Positions 9,681 to 20,293 of a stretch of 64,000 nt of DNA are shown here, one piece after another. The translations under genes and the position numbers were made by a program. The notes beneath the pieces were generated by a model that was not told the origin of the DNA, did not search any database, and saw only the letters and a program-made list of their open reading frames with translations. The number at the start of each line of letters is the position of its first letter. Position 1 is the first letter of the stretch. This DNA comes from Methanobacteriota archaeon (GTDB lineage: Archaea; Thermoplasmatota; Poseidoniia; Poseidoniales; Thalassarchaeaceae): positions 2,083 through 66,082 of the forward strand of contig JAERSV010000004.1 in the NCBI GenBank assembly GCA_016845345.1, in the 5' to 3' direction.

Positions 9681-10691
9681 TCAGATAATTTTGAGATCTG
9701 ATTGTTTTTTATTTGCCAACTGTTCTAGTAGATTGTCAACAACGATTTTGAAAGCATCAGAGGAATCTCCATCAGGGTCAGCCACAATGCGGTGTACCCC
9801 GTCATCTCCTCCTCTTACAATGCCTGGGTCAAACGGTAATTTTCCAAGGAATGGTACTTTTAATTCCTCGGCTGCGGCTTTGCCTCCACCACTCTTGAAG
9901 AGGTCTAGAACAACCGACCAATCTCCATCCTCATCAGTTTGAACGTTCATACTAACTCCTTGAGGTCCTTGGACTGTAATTTTTGAGGATGGTTCAGCAG
10001 TGCCACGTAAGTTGAAACCACTCATGTTTTCAACAACTCCGAGGCATGGTAGTTTGAGTGTTTTAGCGAAGTTAATTGATTTCCGACTGTCAAGCAGTGC
10101 AACATCTTGAGGAGTAGTAACTACTACGACTCCATCAATTTCTGGAAGCGATTGAGCTACTGTGAGTGGTTCGTCTGATGTGCCCGGTGGGAAGTCAATG
10201 ATTAGGGCATCTAACTCACCCCACGCAACATCACCGATGAATTGCTGAATAGCACCTAACTTGACCGGTCCTCTCCAGATGACCGGTGCATCTTCGTCTT
10301 CCAAAAGAAATGCCATTGAGATTACTTTGACACCGAATGGCCCTTCAACAGGGAATATTTGACCTTCTTCAACTTGTAAATCAGCCCCCGAAATCCCCAG
10401 CATTTTTGGGATATTTGGGCCAGTAATATCAATGTCCATTATGCCGACTTTCTTGCCTTGTTGAGCGAGAGATAATGCCAACCCTGTAGCGACAGTGGAT
10501 TTTCCTACACCACCTTTTCCAGAAAGAACCATGACTTTGTGTTTAACATTCTCAGCCAGTTGAGTCATCCTTAGTTTACGTCTCATTTGTGCATATGCCT
10601 GTTCCATTTGCGCCTTCTGTTCATCAGATGCCGCTTCTGGCTCTTGCTCAGGGGTTTTTCCGTCATGATGGGAGACCGGCGAATCACTCAT
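9681..10691 (-). CDS. mrp: Mrp/NBP35 (ApbC) Fe-S cluster carrier ATPase
   Basis: SGKGGVGKS, DIDITGPN, WRGP, DFPPGTSD, TTPQ and VENMS motifs. Confidence 0.93.
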   Translation of the reverse strand: MSDSPVSHHDGKTPEQEPEAASDEQKAQMEQAYAQMRRKLRMTQLAENVKHKVMVLSGKGGVGKSTVATGLALSLAQQGKKVGIMDIDITGPNIPKMLGISGADLQVEEGQIFPVEGPFGVKVISMAFLLEDEDAPVIWRGPVKLGAIQQFIGDVAWGELDALIIDFPPGTSDEPLTVAQSLPEIDGVVVVTTPQDVALLDSRKSINFAKTLKLPCLGVVENMSGFNLRGTAEPSSKITVQGPQGVSMNVQTDEDGDWSVVLDLFKSGGGKAAAEELKVPFLGKLPFDPGIVRGGDDGVHRIVADPDGDSSDAFKIVVDNLLEQLANKKQSDLKII

Positions 10692-10842
10692 TGATGTGGC
10701 GACATTGCAGTCATTCTTCAATCATTGTATCTGTAATTGGTCAGAATAAATTGCAAAGATTAGGAATTAGATGATGTTCGTACAAACGCAATTGCCAAAG
10801 GCAACACACCAAAAGCACAACTGCAAGCGGGGGTGAGTCAGC

Positions 10843-12975
10843 ATGGCAGGAACAGCAGTTTACATCACTTGGGTAACTGCTTCTTTACTCGGTGGAATTC
10901 TGCTGATGCCGTTTTTCCGACCTGCTGGAAAACGAGTTACATTAGCTGGCTTTGTTGATATGTTTCGCCGCTATTGGTTACATATTGCATTAGTATTCAG
11001 CATCTATCTTTGGAAAGATTTACTCGATGGTTTAGATCGTATTTTGATGGCTAATACCCACCTAGACATGACCCCCTTCGTTTACGCCATTGAAGGCGAT
11101 TTGGTTTTGTGGGTTCAACAGACTTTCCTCAATGACATGTTGACTTTTGTATTAACTCATTATTATGTAGCAGGATATATGCTTTTGACATATACAGCCT
11201 CACTTTACTTCACCTATTTTGATGACCGCTGGATGGCGGATAGAGTTCTGTTATCGATGTTCTTCGTCTATGCCTTAGCAGTCCCATTCTATCTTTTCTT
11301 CAATGTTAGAGTGACGGGAGACCATATTCCAGAAATGCAAACTTTGGCTTATCACTTGACTCCAGAGATCCAAACTTGGTTCACTAGGATTGACCCGTTC
11401 ACCAATGGCATGCCTAGTTTACACATTGGCATACCGTTCACGGTGTGGCTAGGACTACATCGCTGGGACCACGATGATAGATGGAAGAAATATCGAAATT
11501 TTGTTGGCGTATTTATTGTGGTCACTGCATTCACAATCATCTATCTTGGCATCCACTGGTTTGTTGATATTGTGGGTGGAATTATTGTTTCATTCTTAGC
11601 GGTTAACTTAGCAGATAAATATCATGCTTGGCTGTGGTATCGACTTGATGAGAGAACTTTCAATGCACGACTTGCATGGTTATTAGCGGATTTCAACAAT
11701 CCAAAACTAGTACTATCTGGTTGGATTTCTAGGTCAGTACAATGGTTGAAAACGCCATCAACAAGACAAACAGGAACTGCTGTTATGTTGCTATTAGCAA
11801 CTACTGGTGGAGTGCTGTTGTATGACGCAACCCACCAAGATTTCCCCGCAGAGGGAGTAACCCATCCCGAAGCGGCTGTAGGTGCTGATGGATGGTTGGT
11901 GGCTCTTGATGCAGATGAAAATGGAAACTTGAGTGCAGTCATTATTGATATTGAAAATGATAAGACCTATCACGATAATTTAGGTTTAAACGAAGATGGG
12001 AACCAATCTCAATGGGGGGTGTTAAATGCCTCTACAGAAGTTCTCATCTCTGAGAATCATGCTATTGTTTGGCAAGGATATCGTATAATCACTCTGAAGT
12101 TTTCAAATCCGGGAAGCCACGCATATGGTAGAACGACAGGCCCACTTTACACAGACCTCGCTCTTCTTGATGACTCGGATGATAAGCAAGCCAAGTTATT
12201 CGCGATTGATGATGGTGTGGTCATCGACTTACAAAGTACCGAATATCACAAGGAGTTCACATCAATTTCTGATGATGATGTAATTCTCATTGATGGGGGT
12301 GGGAATAGTTTAGCCTGGGTAACAGAAAGTTCACCTATGACAGCTAATATTCTCTCACTCGAGGGTGTGCAGAGTTCTCTCTCCGTCCACGTCAATGCAT
12401 CTGTTGATTCAGCAAAGGATGAGCAAGTTTTAGCGCTCACTGGCGCCATAGTTGATTATGCAAACGCCAGCATTACTGGAATTTCATTTGATGAAAATTA
12501 TCTAGTAGCGGAGGTGAATTTGTCAGCAGTCAGCCGTCTTGTGATGGTGAACCTTGACACTGGTGAACAACGTATTATTGGTGACCCGCTCTTCCCCGTC
12601 GCAAACCCATCAATCGGGCACGGCGTGGTTGCTTGGCAACATAAGTGGGGGCTAGATTCAATTGACCCAAATAATGCAGAATTAGATTGGGATGTCAAGT
12701 ACCATATTATCTTGGAAAACCATTCATACCAACTTCACACTGAGGACGAGTTAAACCAGACTGAACCCCAAGTGATGGAAGGTTACATTGTTTGGCTACA
12801 AGATAGTGGGGGCGAAGAACCACCAGAGGTGATTATCTACAGTCTTGAGGAAACTTTTGAACCATACTCATCACGCACATTACAAGTTGCAATTATTGCT
12901 TTGATTCCACTTCTGTCAATATGGATGATTCAAAGACAAAAGGAAAACGTAGATTCAATAGATGAAGAAGAATGA
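10843..12975 (+). CDS. PAP2-superfamily (IPC-synthase/PAP2_3-like) membrane phosphotransferase fused to a large extracellular beta-rich domain
   Basis: N-terminal ~260 aa multi-TM with PSLH and HWFVD motifs, followed by a TM, a ~330-aa beta-rich region and a C-terminal TM. Confidence 0.75.
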   Translation: MAGTAVYITWVTASLLGGILLMPFFRPAGKRVTLAGFVDMFRRYWLHIALVFSIYLWKDLLDGLDRILMANTHLDMTPFVYAIEGDLVLWVQQTFLNDMLTFVLTHYYVAGYMLLTYTASLYFTYFDDRWMADRVLLSMFFVYALAVPFYLFFNVRVTGDHIPEMQTLAYHLTPEIQTWFTRIDPFTNGMPSLHIGIPFTVWLGLHRWDHDDRWKKYRNFVGVFIVVTAFTIIYLGIHWFVDIVGGIIVSFLAVNLADKYHAWLWYRLDERTFNARLAWLLADFNNPKLVLSGWISRSVQWLKTPSTRQTGTAVMLLLATTGGVLLYDATHQDFPAEGVTHPEAAVGADGWLVALDADENGNLSAVIIDIENDKTYHDNLGLNEDGNQSQWGVLNASTEVLISENHAIVWQGYRIITLKFSNPGSHAYGRTTGPLYTDLALLDDSDDKQAKLFAIDDGVVIDLQSTEYHKEFTSISDDDVILIDGGGNSLAWVTESSPMTANILSLEGVQSSLSVHVNASVDSAKDEQVLALTGAIVDYANASITGISFDENYLVAEVNLSAVSRLVMVNLDTGEQRIIGDPLFPVANPSIGHGVVAWQHKWGLDSIDPNNAELDWDVKYHIILENHSYQLHTEDELNQTEPQVMEGYIVWLQDSGGEEPPEVIIYSLEETFEPYSSRTLQVAIIALIPLLSIWMIQRQKENVDSIDEEE

Positions 12976-12994
12976 TTCCAATATCTGCTTTCAT

Positions 12995-14149
12995 TCAATT
13001 AGTAATTGAAAGCATCCGATTAAGAGCCAAGATTGCATCGTCAGCAATCTGCTCAGGTACGACAATTTGATTGATTACCTCTCCAGCCACAAGCGACTCA
13101 AGAACATCAGCCAAAAATGCTGGATGAATCATGTACATAGTTGAACAAGGACATACACCAGGGTCTAAGCAGACTACTGTTTTATCAGAATATTGTGCAT
13201 CCAATCTCTTGACGAGGTGGATTTCAGTGCCTACACCAATGACAGCGCCACTTGGCGCATCAGCAACAAAGCGGCGAATCATCTCTGTTGAGCCGGATGC
13301 ATCTGAGGCATCAACTACTGCTCGCTCACATTCAGGGTGAGCGATTACCAATGCGTCAGGATTCTCTTTTCGCAGACTATCAATTTGCTCAACAGTGAAG
13401 CGTTGGTGAACCGAACAGTAACCATGCCATAATACAAACTTAGAGGAATTTAAGTCATTCCAATTTGGTTGTGACATTGGATTCCAAACCGCCATATCTT
13501 CCTCTTGGTAACCCATTGCTAATGCAGTGTTACGACCCAAATGTTGGTCAGGGAAAAACAGGACTTTACCATTTTCACCGGCTCGCTCTAGAGCCCACTC
13601 TAGTACTCCAGCGGCATTTGTGGAGGTACAAACAAGGCCACCATGATATCCAACGAAGGCTTTGAGGTCAGCACTTGAGTTCATGTACGTAACAGGTACA
13701 AGGTATGCTTCTCCTTTACTCGCTGGACTGTCTGGGTCTTCACGAGTTGCAGGGTCATCAAGTTGACATTCACTGAGAAGTTCATTCCAACATGCCTCAA
13801 CATCTGGCAAATCTGCCATATCTGCCATCGAACATCCGGCTCTGACATTTGGCATCACAACTTTTTGCTTGTCTGAAGTCAGAATGTCGGCCGACTCAGC
13901 CATGAAATGAACTCCACAGAATACTATGTATTCGGCATTTGAGTCGGCGGCTTTTCTCGCGAGAAGAAATGAATCTCCTGTTTCATCAGCATGTTCAACG
14001 ATTGAATCACGTTGATAGTGATGTCCTAAAATCATCACTTTGTTACCAAGTTGCTGTTTTGCGGACAAAATTCGTTGACGTGTAAGGTCGGAATCTGCAT
14101 CTGATTCATCATCATTGATGGAGCAAATGGCCAGCGGTAGGCTCTGCAT
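12995..14149 (-). CDS. nadA: Quinolinate synthase
   Basis: GHHYQ, GDSF, FCGVHFMAE, GCSMA, TYMNSSA, PDQHLG, CSVH, AHPEC and CPCSTM motifs. Confidence 0.96.
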   Translation of the reverse strand: MQSLPLAICSINDDESDADSDLTRQRILSAKQQLGNKVMILGHHYQRDSIVEHADETGDSFLLARKAADSNAEYIVFCGVHFMAESADILTSDKQKVVMPNVRAGCSMADMADLPDVEACWNELLSECQLDDPATREDPDSPASKGEAYLVPVTYMNSSADLKAFVGYHGGLVCTSTNAAGVLEWALERAGENGKVLFFPDQHLGRNTALAMGYQEEDMAVWNPMSQPNWNDLNSSKFVLWHGYCSVHQRFTVEQIDSLRKENPDALVIAHPECERAVVDASDASGSTEMIRRFVADAPSGAVIGVGTEIHLVKRLDAQYSDKTVVCLDPGVCPCSTMYMIHPAFLADVLESLVAGEVINQIVVPEQIADDAILALNRMLSITN

Positions 14150-14240
14150 TCAACCACTTCCGGGATATCTACCGGTTGCCGCCACCGCTTTGAATGCATC
14201 CATTATCCGGAAACCTGTCCGAAAGGGGTGTGACAGCGAT

Positions 14241-14909
14241 ATGTTGGCTTGGGAGCAAGGAAAAATCATCCATGTAGGCGCTGAGGCTGAGGTTTCGAAT
14301 GGGCTTTATTTGGGATTGGCAGCAGTGCGAAAATTGAGGCGCCCAAGGGGTTATCGAGACCCAGCTCTTGATCGCAGACTGACAAATCATAGAATGGCAG
14401 CAGAAGCAAAAATGCTAGCCCGATTGTCCAATTCAGGTTTACCGGTGCCTCATCTTTTAGCGTGCGAGATGAGCAATGGTACAATGATACAATCACTCGT
14501 CCCAGGTTCACAATTAGTTGATGTATTGAGAGATAGTGAATTTGATGTTAAAACCGTAATGCTCGAAGTTGGAAAAGTGATTCGACAACTCCATTCAGTT
14601 GGCGCTGTGCATGGCGATCTAACTACTAACAACATACTTTGGGATAATGATAATGGAATTTCTCTAATTGATTTTGGTCTGTCCCAATCAACAACAGAGG
14701 TTGAGAGAATGGGTTTAGATTTACAGGTGCTAAGTGAGTGTCTAAGTGCTAGCCACCCAGAACACGAAGAAGCTTTGATATGGGTTTTTGAGGGTTACAA
14801 TAGTGCTGAGAATCTGACCTATACTGGTTCAGATTCACCTCCTGTAAAAAGTGAAGAAGTCATCAATCGTTACAATGCTATACGGTCTAGGGTTCGTTAT
14901 CACTCTTAG
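14241..14909 (+). CDS. bud32: KEOPS kinase/ATPase Bud32
   Basis: GAEA, YRDPALD, VHGDLTTNN, IDFGL and a C-terminal RxRY; start at ATG 14241. Confidence 0.9.
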   Translation: MLAWEQGKIIHVGAEAEVSNGLYLGLAAVRKLRRPRGYRDPALDRRLTNHRMAAEAKMLARLSNSGLPVPHLLACEMSNGTMIQSLVPGSQLVDVLRDSEFDVKTVMLEVGKVIRQLHSVGAVHGDLTTNNILWDNDNGISLIDFGLSQSTTEVERMGLDLQVLSECLSASHPEHEEALIWVFEGYNSAENLTYTGSDSPPVKSEEVINRYNAIRSRVRYHS

Positions 14910-14914
14910 TTGAT

Positions 14915-15289
14915 TCAACTGAAAAGCATTGGAATGTATCTCCAACCGATAAAGGCGGAGAGTGGGCAGAGGGCGAAGTTAGCCATCATGTATCCGACTG
15001 CCGGCATATGTTTTCCAGAATCAATGAGTTGAATCACATCAAGGCTGAAGGTTGACATTGTGGTAAAGGCTCCTAGTGCTCCAGTACCAACAAGAAGAAT
15101 TATTTCAGGAGAAACTTGTTCATTGATAATTGACATCGCGATTAACACTCCTAGTAGAAATGAACCAAGCACATTCACCCCTAGTGTACTCCAGGGAAAT
15201 TCACTGGGAACCCACTCGGAAATAGCATAACGGGCCACGGCCCCAAACGCACCTCCTATTGCAACTAGGAACAGTGATTTCGGCTCCAT
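14915..15289 (-). CDS. crcB: Fluoride channel Fluc/CrcB
   Basis: GGAFGAVARY, TLGVNVLGSF and GALGAFTTMSTF. Confidence 0.93.
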   Translation of the reverse strand: MEPKSLFLVAIGGAFGAVARYAISEWVPSEFPWSTLGVNVLGSFLLGVLIAMSIINEQVSPEIILLVGTGALGAFTTMSTFSLDVIQLIDSGKHMPAVGYMMANFALCPLSAFIGWRYIPMLFS

Positions 15290-15361
15290 GTTAGGGGGCC
15301 ACTATCTGCCACTCTTTGATATTGACGAAAGAAGAACTGTCGGAACTATCAACCGCATGGA

Positions 15362-15973
15362 GTGTATGCGACAGTTGTGAAGAGGCTCCTGTTCCTTACT
15401 GGTAACGCTGGTAAATTGGCTGAGGCGAGTCACTTTTTTGAGCCACTTGGATACCAAGTGGAACAGTTCCTTGTGGATGGTGAAGTCCCAATTGTGGTAG
15501 AACCACAGTCAGATAGTTTGAGGGAAGTTGCAATGGCAAAAATTGAACAAGCAAAAGCACTGTTCAAGCAAACTGGCCAAGATGCTGCAATTTTTGTCGA
15601 AGATGCTGCCCTTTTTATCGATGAATTGAAGGGGTTTCCCGGCGTAAATTCAGCATCTGTACTAAACCAAATTGGCCTTTCAGGAATCATTAATTTGATG
15701 TCAAATACCCTCAATCGAGGGGCAGAATTTCGAGCATGTGCAGTACTATTCACTGGTGAACAATTAGTGTTTGGTGAAGGGATTTGTCGTGGTACAATAA
15801 CCACTGAAACACTTGGTGAGTCAGGTTTTGGGTATGACCCAATTTTTTCTCCCGACGGAGAGGATTCGGGTCGTACTTTTGGACAAATGGATAAAACGGC
15901 AAAAGAGGCTTTCTCACATCGGGCAAAAGCGCTTGAAAGCATAAAAAAACAGTTGGATTTGCTTGGGCGATGA
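15362..15973 (+). CDS. rdgB: Non-canonical purine NTP pyrophosphatase (RdgB/HAM1)
   Basis: TGNAGK, EDAAL, GFPG, GFGYDPIF and SHR motifs. Confidence 0.93.
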   Translation: MYATVVKRLLFLTGNAGKLAEASHFFEPLGYQVEQFLVDGEVPIVVEPQSDSLREVAMAKIEQAKALFKQTGQDAAIFVEDAALFIDELKGFPGVNSASVLNQIGLSGIINLMSNTLNRGAEFRACAVLFTGEQLVFGEGICRGTITTETLGESGFGYDPIFSPDGEDSGRTFGQMDKTAKEAFSHRAKALESIKKQLDLLGR

Positions 15974-16024
15974 GCCGTCATAGTGAAAGAGGGGGCGCAT
16001 CTGCTCGCGTGTGGAGGGGAAGGT

Positions 16025-16879
16025 ATGTCGTTTGGTCGTGTACTACTGTATCTCGCATTATTGTTCGGCATCGTCTTTCAATTATTCCTCTCCGGTGAGT
16101 GGGAAAGTGAGTTGTATGGGTACATCTTTACTGGTTCACTTTTGTTGCTCGCTGCTGGATTATTACTGACTGGTGGTAAACCAAAGAAGAAAAAGGCGCG
16201 CAAGCGTCAAGTGAGTTCTATTCCTGATGAGAAGGAAGATGAATTTCAGTTGCCTGAGGCGGTTGTTGAGGATGAGGATGGTGGAAGCCGGCGTGATAGA
16301 AAAGTCGCCGCCTCTACAGAATCTACTGACTCAGAATCCGAAAATATTGAAGATGATGTTATTCAACTCGAGGATGATGCAATTGAAGAAGAAGTACATG
16401 TTGCTGAGGAATATGTTGTTGACATAAGTGCTGAACAAGTTGAAGAGGCTGATATTGAAGAATTTGTTGAGGAGCGTCGCGGTCAACGAGCGGAAATCAA
16501 GGCTCGAATTGAGAAGCGAAGGCGAGGGCAGTTGGCTGAGATTCGTGCATCAGCCGCCCGAATGTGGTCAAAGCAAGATGAAGGTGAAGATTTGTTAGCA
16601 ACTCTAACTAAACCCGGGCACGGACTAACGGTCCTTGATGAGCCTGAACAAGTTGAACCGGGTCATCCTTACGGTGCGACATATGTTAGAATAGATAATG
16701 CTAGGATTCTCAAATTGCGAATTCCTTTGGATGCTGGATTTGTTGCCGCTACCGAATTTGAGGAAGAAGTGGAGGTGGAATTTGATGAATTACCTCCCCC
16801 ACCTGAGGGCTTGCCACTACCTCCGCCTCCTACGGTTAGCCAATCAAAGTTAGATGCGATGAGAGATGAAATCGGGTGA
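16025..16879 (+). CDS. Hypothetical protein with 2 N-terminal TM and an acidic, proline-rich tail
   Basis: ORF lies within the operon; two TM, a KKKKARKR patch, Glu-rich, LPPPPEGLPLPPPP near the C-terminus. Confidence 0.7.
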   Translation: MSFGRVLLYLALLFGIVFQLFLSGEWESELYGYIFTGSLLLLAAGLLLTGGKPKKKKARKRQVSSIPDEKEDEFQLPEAVVEDEDGGSRRDRKVAASTESTDSESENIEDDVIQLEDDAIEEEVHVAEEYVVDISAEQVEEADIEEFVEERRGQRAEIKARIEKRRRGQLAEIRASAARMWSKQDEGEDLLATLTKPGHGLTVLDEPEQVEPGHPYGATYVRIDNARILKLRIPLDAGFVAATEFEEEVEVEFDELPPPPEGLPLPPPPTVSQSKLDAMRDEIG

Positions 16880-17717
16880 TAATATGTCTGAATCTCTCAT
16901 AATTGATCAAGTTGCAGTTGAAAGCTCGTATCCTTCTGGCGGTGTTGTTGAGGTTTGGACAATCAATAGACCGGGTAAATTGAATGCACTAAACAGTGAT
17001 GTTGTTTCCGATTTGAAAGCCGCTTGTGAAGATGCTGAAAATAATGCTGATGTGAGGATTGTAGTGATTCGTGGAGCGAGTCCAGAACCCGCTGAGGAGG
17101 GTAAGCGGCAAAAACCACCGGCTTTTGTAGCAGGTGCAGATATTACTGAATTCGTCGGAAAGAACTCAAAAGATGTCCGACCAATTTTTGAGAATAATGC
17201 TTGGGAAGCGATTTGGAATTTATCTAAGCCTACCATCGCTTCTATTGATGGATTTGCATTGGGAGGAGGCAGCGAAATCGCGTTATCATGTGATTTACGA
17301 GTCGCTTCAACACGTTCAAATTTCGGCACTCCAGAAATCAACCTTGGATTAATTCCTGGAGGCGGAGCAACACAACGGTTGGCAAGATTGCTCGGCTATG
17401 GTAAAGCAATCGAAATGGTCATGACAGGTGAGATGGTTTCTGCTACTGAAGCGTATCGAATCGGCCTTGTCAATCGACTTTGTGAACCTGAGGAATTACA
17501 AAACACAACGATGCAATTAGCAACCACATTAGCAACAAAATCACCTCTAACACTCAAATCAGCTAAGGCAGCAGTAAGGGGTGCATTAGAGCATGGAATG
17601 GCAGAAGGTCTAGAACATGAAAGAGACTTATTCTGTGCACTTTTTGATACTGAAGATATGGAAATAGGTGTAAACGCGTTTCTCAATCGAGAGAACCCTG
17701 AATGGAAAGGTCTCTGA
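16866..17717 (+). CDS. Enoyl-CoA hydratase/crotonase
   Basis: AFVAGADI, ALGGGSE and PEINLGLIPGGG. Confidence 0.92.
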   Translation: MKSGDNMSESLIIDQVAVESSYPSGGVVEVWTINRPGKLNALNSDVVSDLKAACEDAENNADVRIVVIRGASPEPAEEGKRQKPPAFVAGADITEFVGKNSKDVRPIFENNAWEAIWNLSKPTIASIDGFALGGGSEIALSCDLRVASTRSNFGTPEINLGLIPGGGATQRLARLLGYGKAIEMVMTGEMVSATEAYRIGLVNRLCEPEELQNTTMQLATTLATKSPLTLKSAKAAVRGALEHGMAEGLEHERDLFCALFDTEDMEIGVNAFLNRENPEWKGL

Positions 17718-18502
17718 GTGGAGGGGTAATCTTGTCACAAAGCGATATACCATTAGTTGAGGCAAAAGACCTCGGAAAGGCGTTTGGTGATTTTGTCGCT
17801 CTGCACCCATTGAATGTGAAGGTCGCTGCTGGAGAATTTTTCGGAGTCTTCGGACCGAATGGAGCAGGCAAATCCACTTTCATCAAGTTGCTCACAGGCC
17901 AACTTAGACCAACGATGGGAGGGGCTCGAGTATTGGGAATTAATGTTAGAGCGGACCCACGCATGGTTAAGGCAAATGTTGGGATTGTACCAGAATCAGA
18001 AAGCCCACCTTCATTTCTAACAGCGGCAGAATACCTTGAATTCGTCGCTCGTCTTCGTAACTTAGATGAGATTCCAGAAAAAGTTACACATTGGTTAGAC
18101 TGGTTTGGGATACCGGACAAGCGAAACACTCTGTGCAAAGACTTGTCAAAGGGACAGCGCCAAAAAGTGATGCTCGCGGGTGCTTTTATCCATAACCCCA
18201 ATTTACTTTTCTTAGACGAACCCTTTGTCAATCTTGACCCAATTTACCAGCGAAAGTGCCGGAATTTGTTGATGGAAATAGTTGCCGAGGGAGGCACTAT
18301 TTTTCTCTGCACTCATATTCTTGAAGTTGCTGAAAGAGTATGCACAAGAGTGGCTGTTATTGACCGAGGACATGTGCTGGCTGCGGGAACCATTGATGAG
18401 TTGAAAGACAAAAGTGATGAAACTCTTGAAGATGTATTCATCAGACTTGTGGGTTCATCGTTCGAAGAAATTGAGGCGATGGAAGGTAGTGAGGAGGAGT
18501 GA
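17702..18502 (+). CDS. ABC transporter ATP-binding protein (ABC-2 type)
   Basis: GPNGAGKST, LSKGQRQK, LFLDEP and CTH. Confidence 0.93.
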   Translation: MERSLSGGVILSQSDIPLVEAKDLGKAFGDFVALHPLNVKVAAGEFFGVFGPNGAGKSTFIKLLTGQLRPTMGGARVLGINVRADPRMVKANVGIVPESESPPSFLTAAEYLEFVARLRNLDEIPEKVTHWLDWFGIPDKRNTLCKDLSKGQRQKVMLAGAFIHNPNLLFLDEPFVNLDPIYQRKCRNLLMEIVAEGGTIFLCTHILEVAERVCTRVAVIDRGHVLAAGTIDELKDKSDETLEDVFIRLVGSSFEEIEAMEGSEEE

Positions 18503-20115
18503 GAGTGCTCACCAATTATCGCCCACCTCAACTTGCAGATTCATTTTGGGTTACTTTTCGAATGATGTTCAAGGAGGAGTGGCGGCAGGCTGTTGACTTC
18601 TCTCGTAGGCGACATATTGCACTCTTTCCAGTTATGCTTGCACTATTGTCACTGATTTTGACTGTCGGTTTGAGATACCTAACTGGTGAAGTTTTGGTTT
18701 CTTCGGATTCGGGAGATCAAGCATTTACTTGGGACCAATTGAAATTATACATGCATGGTGGAATTTTTGCATTTTCGTTATCAATGGGCTCTTTTGCTTT
18801 TATTGGAAGAGTGATGGTTTCTCAACGAGCAGGTGGAAAAAATTTCCTACTTGCGATTCCCGCGGTACAACCACTCGATTTGGTAACCAATTATTTTGCA
18901 TACTATTCAAAGGAAGTTTCCTACTATGTTTTGATGTTATTAGTTCCAACAATAATAGGTATGGCAGGGGGGATTTTGCTCGAACAATTCGCCGGGCTTT
19001 CAACACCACTTGAGTGGGCCTCACTTCCAGTTGTACTGCTTGCTTTAACCACCACACTGTCCCAAGGATTAGCGCTTTCATTCATTGCTTCTGCTCTATT
19101 TAGTAAAGGGGGTAAATGGTCTTACATAATTCCAATGATTGGGATTTCTGTTGGGTTACTTGGGGCATTACAAATTGTTGACATTCAATTGCTAATTCCT
19201 GGAATGTTATACCAATTTTCACATCATCATTGGATACCATTGGTAAGTATTCCAATCTCATTTTTGCTAGCTTACATAGGTGCTCATTTAGTGCCTGATG
19301 ATTTTGAAATTCATGTCACTACAAAAAGCGAACTATTCACACCTGTTTGGCAGAGACTTCCATTCCTTGGAAACGGAACATTGCGCTTGTTAGTGGCTAA
19401 AGATTTGGTAGATTTGTGGCGTTCAAACACATTAGTGAAGATGCTCATCTCATATACCGTTCCACTACTTTTCTTGTTGTTATTGGCTTGGTTAGTTGAT
19501 TTCGCCTCATTCCCAATACCATTCAATCTACTTTCTTATGCTCCGTTTCTCGGATTTTTTGGATTCCAATTTTACTCTTGGTTAAATGGTATGGATTCAC
19601 CAGATTATCTCAATGGATTTCCTGTTGCACTTCCCGAACTATTGCGAGCAAAAATCGTCGTTTACTTTTTGATTACAACTTGGATTTCGGTCATTTTCTT
19701 GTTTGTAATGTCAATCGTTCTCGACCAATTATGGGCTTTGCCAGCCGCTCTTATCGTGATGGTTGCCAATTCAATTTACATTGTTTCTTTGACTGCGTTA
19801 TTGATGGGCCCACGCCCCAATAAGGCAATATTTGACATCTCGATTATGGTGTGGTTTTACATTGGGACAATAATTCCTCTTCTTGCCTTATTCCTCATTT
19901 CATTCACTCAAGGCGATATGACAATTTACGAGAATTGGGGTCAGATGGTTTCAGAGGAGGGGTTGAATGCAACAACTTCTGTGTTAGTTGAGGAGAATGT
20001 TGCTGGCAGAGGATTGCGAGGAATTCTTGGGGTTAGTGCAGGTTTAATCATTCTTGGAATTTCATTCTTAATGATGCTTAACAGAAGATGGGGTCGAAGG
20101 GCATTTGAAAATTGA
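18499..20115 (+). CDS. ABC exporter permease (about 12-14 TM)
   Basis: Multi-TM protein overlapping the ATPase stop codon (GTGA). Confidence 0.8.
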   Translation: MRVLTNYRPPQLADSFWVTFRMMFKEEWRQAVDFSRRRHIALFPVMLALLSLILTVGLRYLTGEVLVSSDSGDQAFTWDQLKLYMHGGIFAFSLSMGSFAFIGRVMVSQRAGGKNFLLAIPAVQPLDLVTNYFAYYSKEVSYYVLMLLVPTIIGMAGGILLEQFAGLSTPLEWASLPVVLLALTTTLSQGLALSFIASALFSKGGKWSYIIPMIGISVGLLGALQIVDIQLLIPGMLYQFSHHHWIPLVSIPISFLLAYIGAHLVPDDFEIHVTTKSELFTPVWQRLPFLGNGTLRLLVAKDLVDLWRSNTLVKMLISYTVPLLFLLLLAWLVDFASFPIPFNLLSYAPFLGFFGFQFYSWLNGMDSPDYLNGFPVALPELLRAKIVVYFLITTWISVIFLFVMSIVLDQLWALPAALIVMVANSIYIVSLTALLMGPRPNKAIFDISIMVWFYIGTIIPLLALFLISFTQGDMTIYENWGQMVSEEGLNATTSVLVEENVAGRGLRGILGVSAGLIILGISFLMMLNRRWGRRAFEN

Positions 20116-20181
20116 AAATTTTTGTGCACATATGATTCCTGAGCACTTGAAAATTTTTGTGCACATATGATTCCTGAGCAC
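20112..20181. repeat. Exact tandem duplication of a 35-bp unit, plus a partial third copy
   Basis: TTGAAAATTTTTGTGCACATATGATTCCTGAGCAC at 20112-20146 and 20147-20181, followed by GTGAAAAATT. Confidence 0.95.
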
Positions 20182-20293
20182 GTGAAAAATTGGTTGTAAA
20201 ATCATCAATAATAGATAGTTCAATTCCAAAGCCATTTTCTATAACCAAAGGTTATAGTGAAAAGACAAGGGTCGCATAAGCGGAGACGGAGGT

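Noticed and set aside
15290-15361. Fluoride riboswitch upstream of crcB
   Set aside because: No GGCGAUGG...UUCGCC-like core is visible, and the region is a short divergent promoter.
15430-16071. Long antisense ORFs (e.g. 15430-16071, 17683-18231, 51109-51705, 54052-54648)
   Set aside because: They are antisense to genes with clear family motifs and have no recognisable motifs themselves.
20112-20191. 35-bp repeat as a mini CRISPR array
   Set aside because: The copies are directly adjacent with no spacer, and there are no cas genes in the window.
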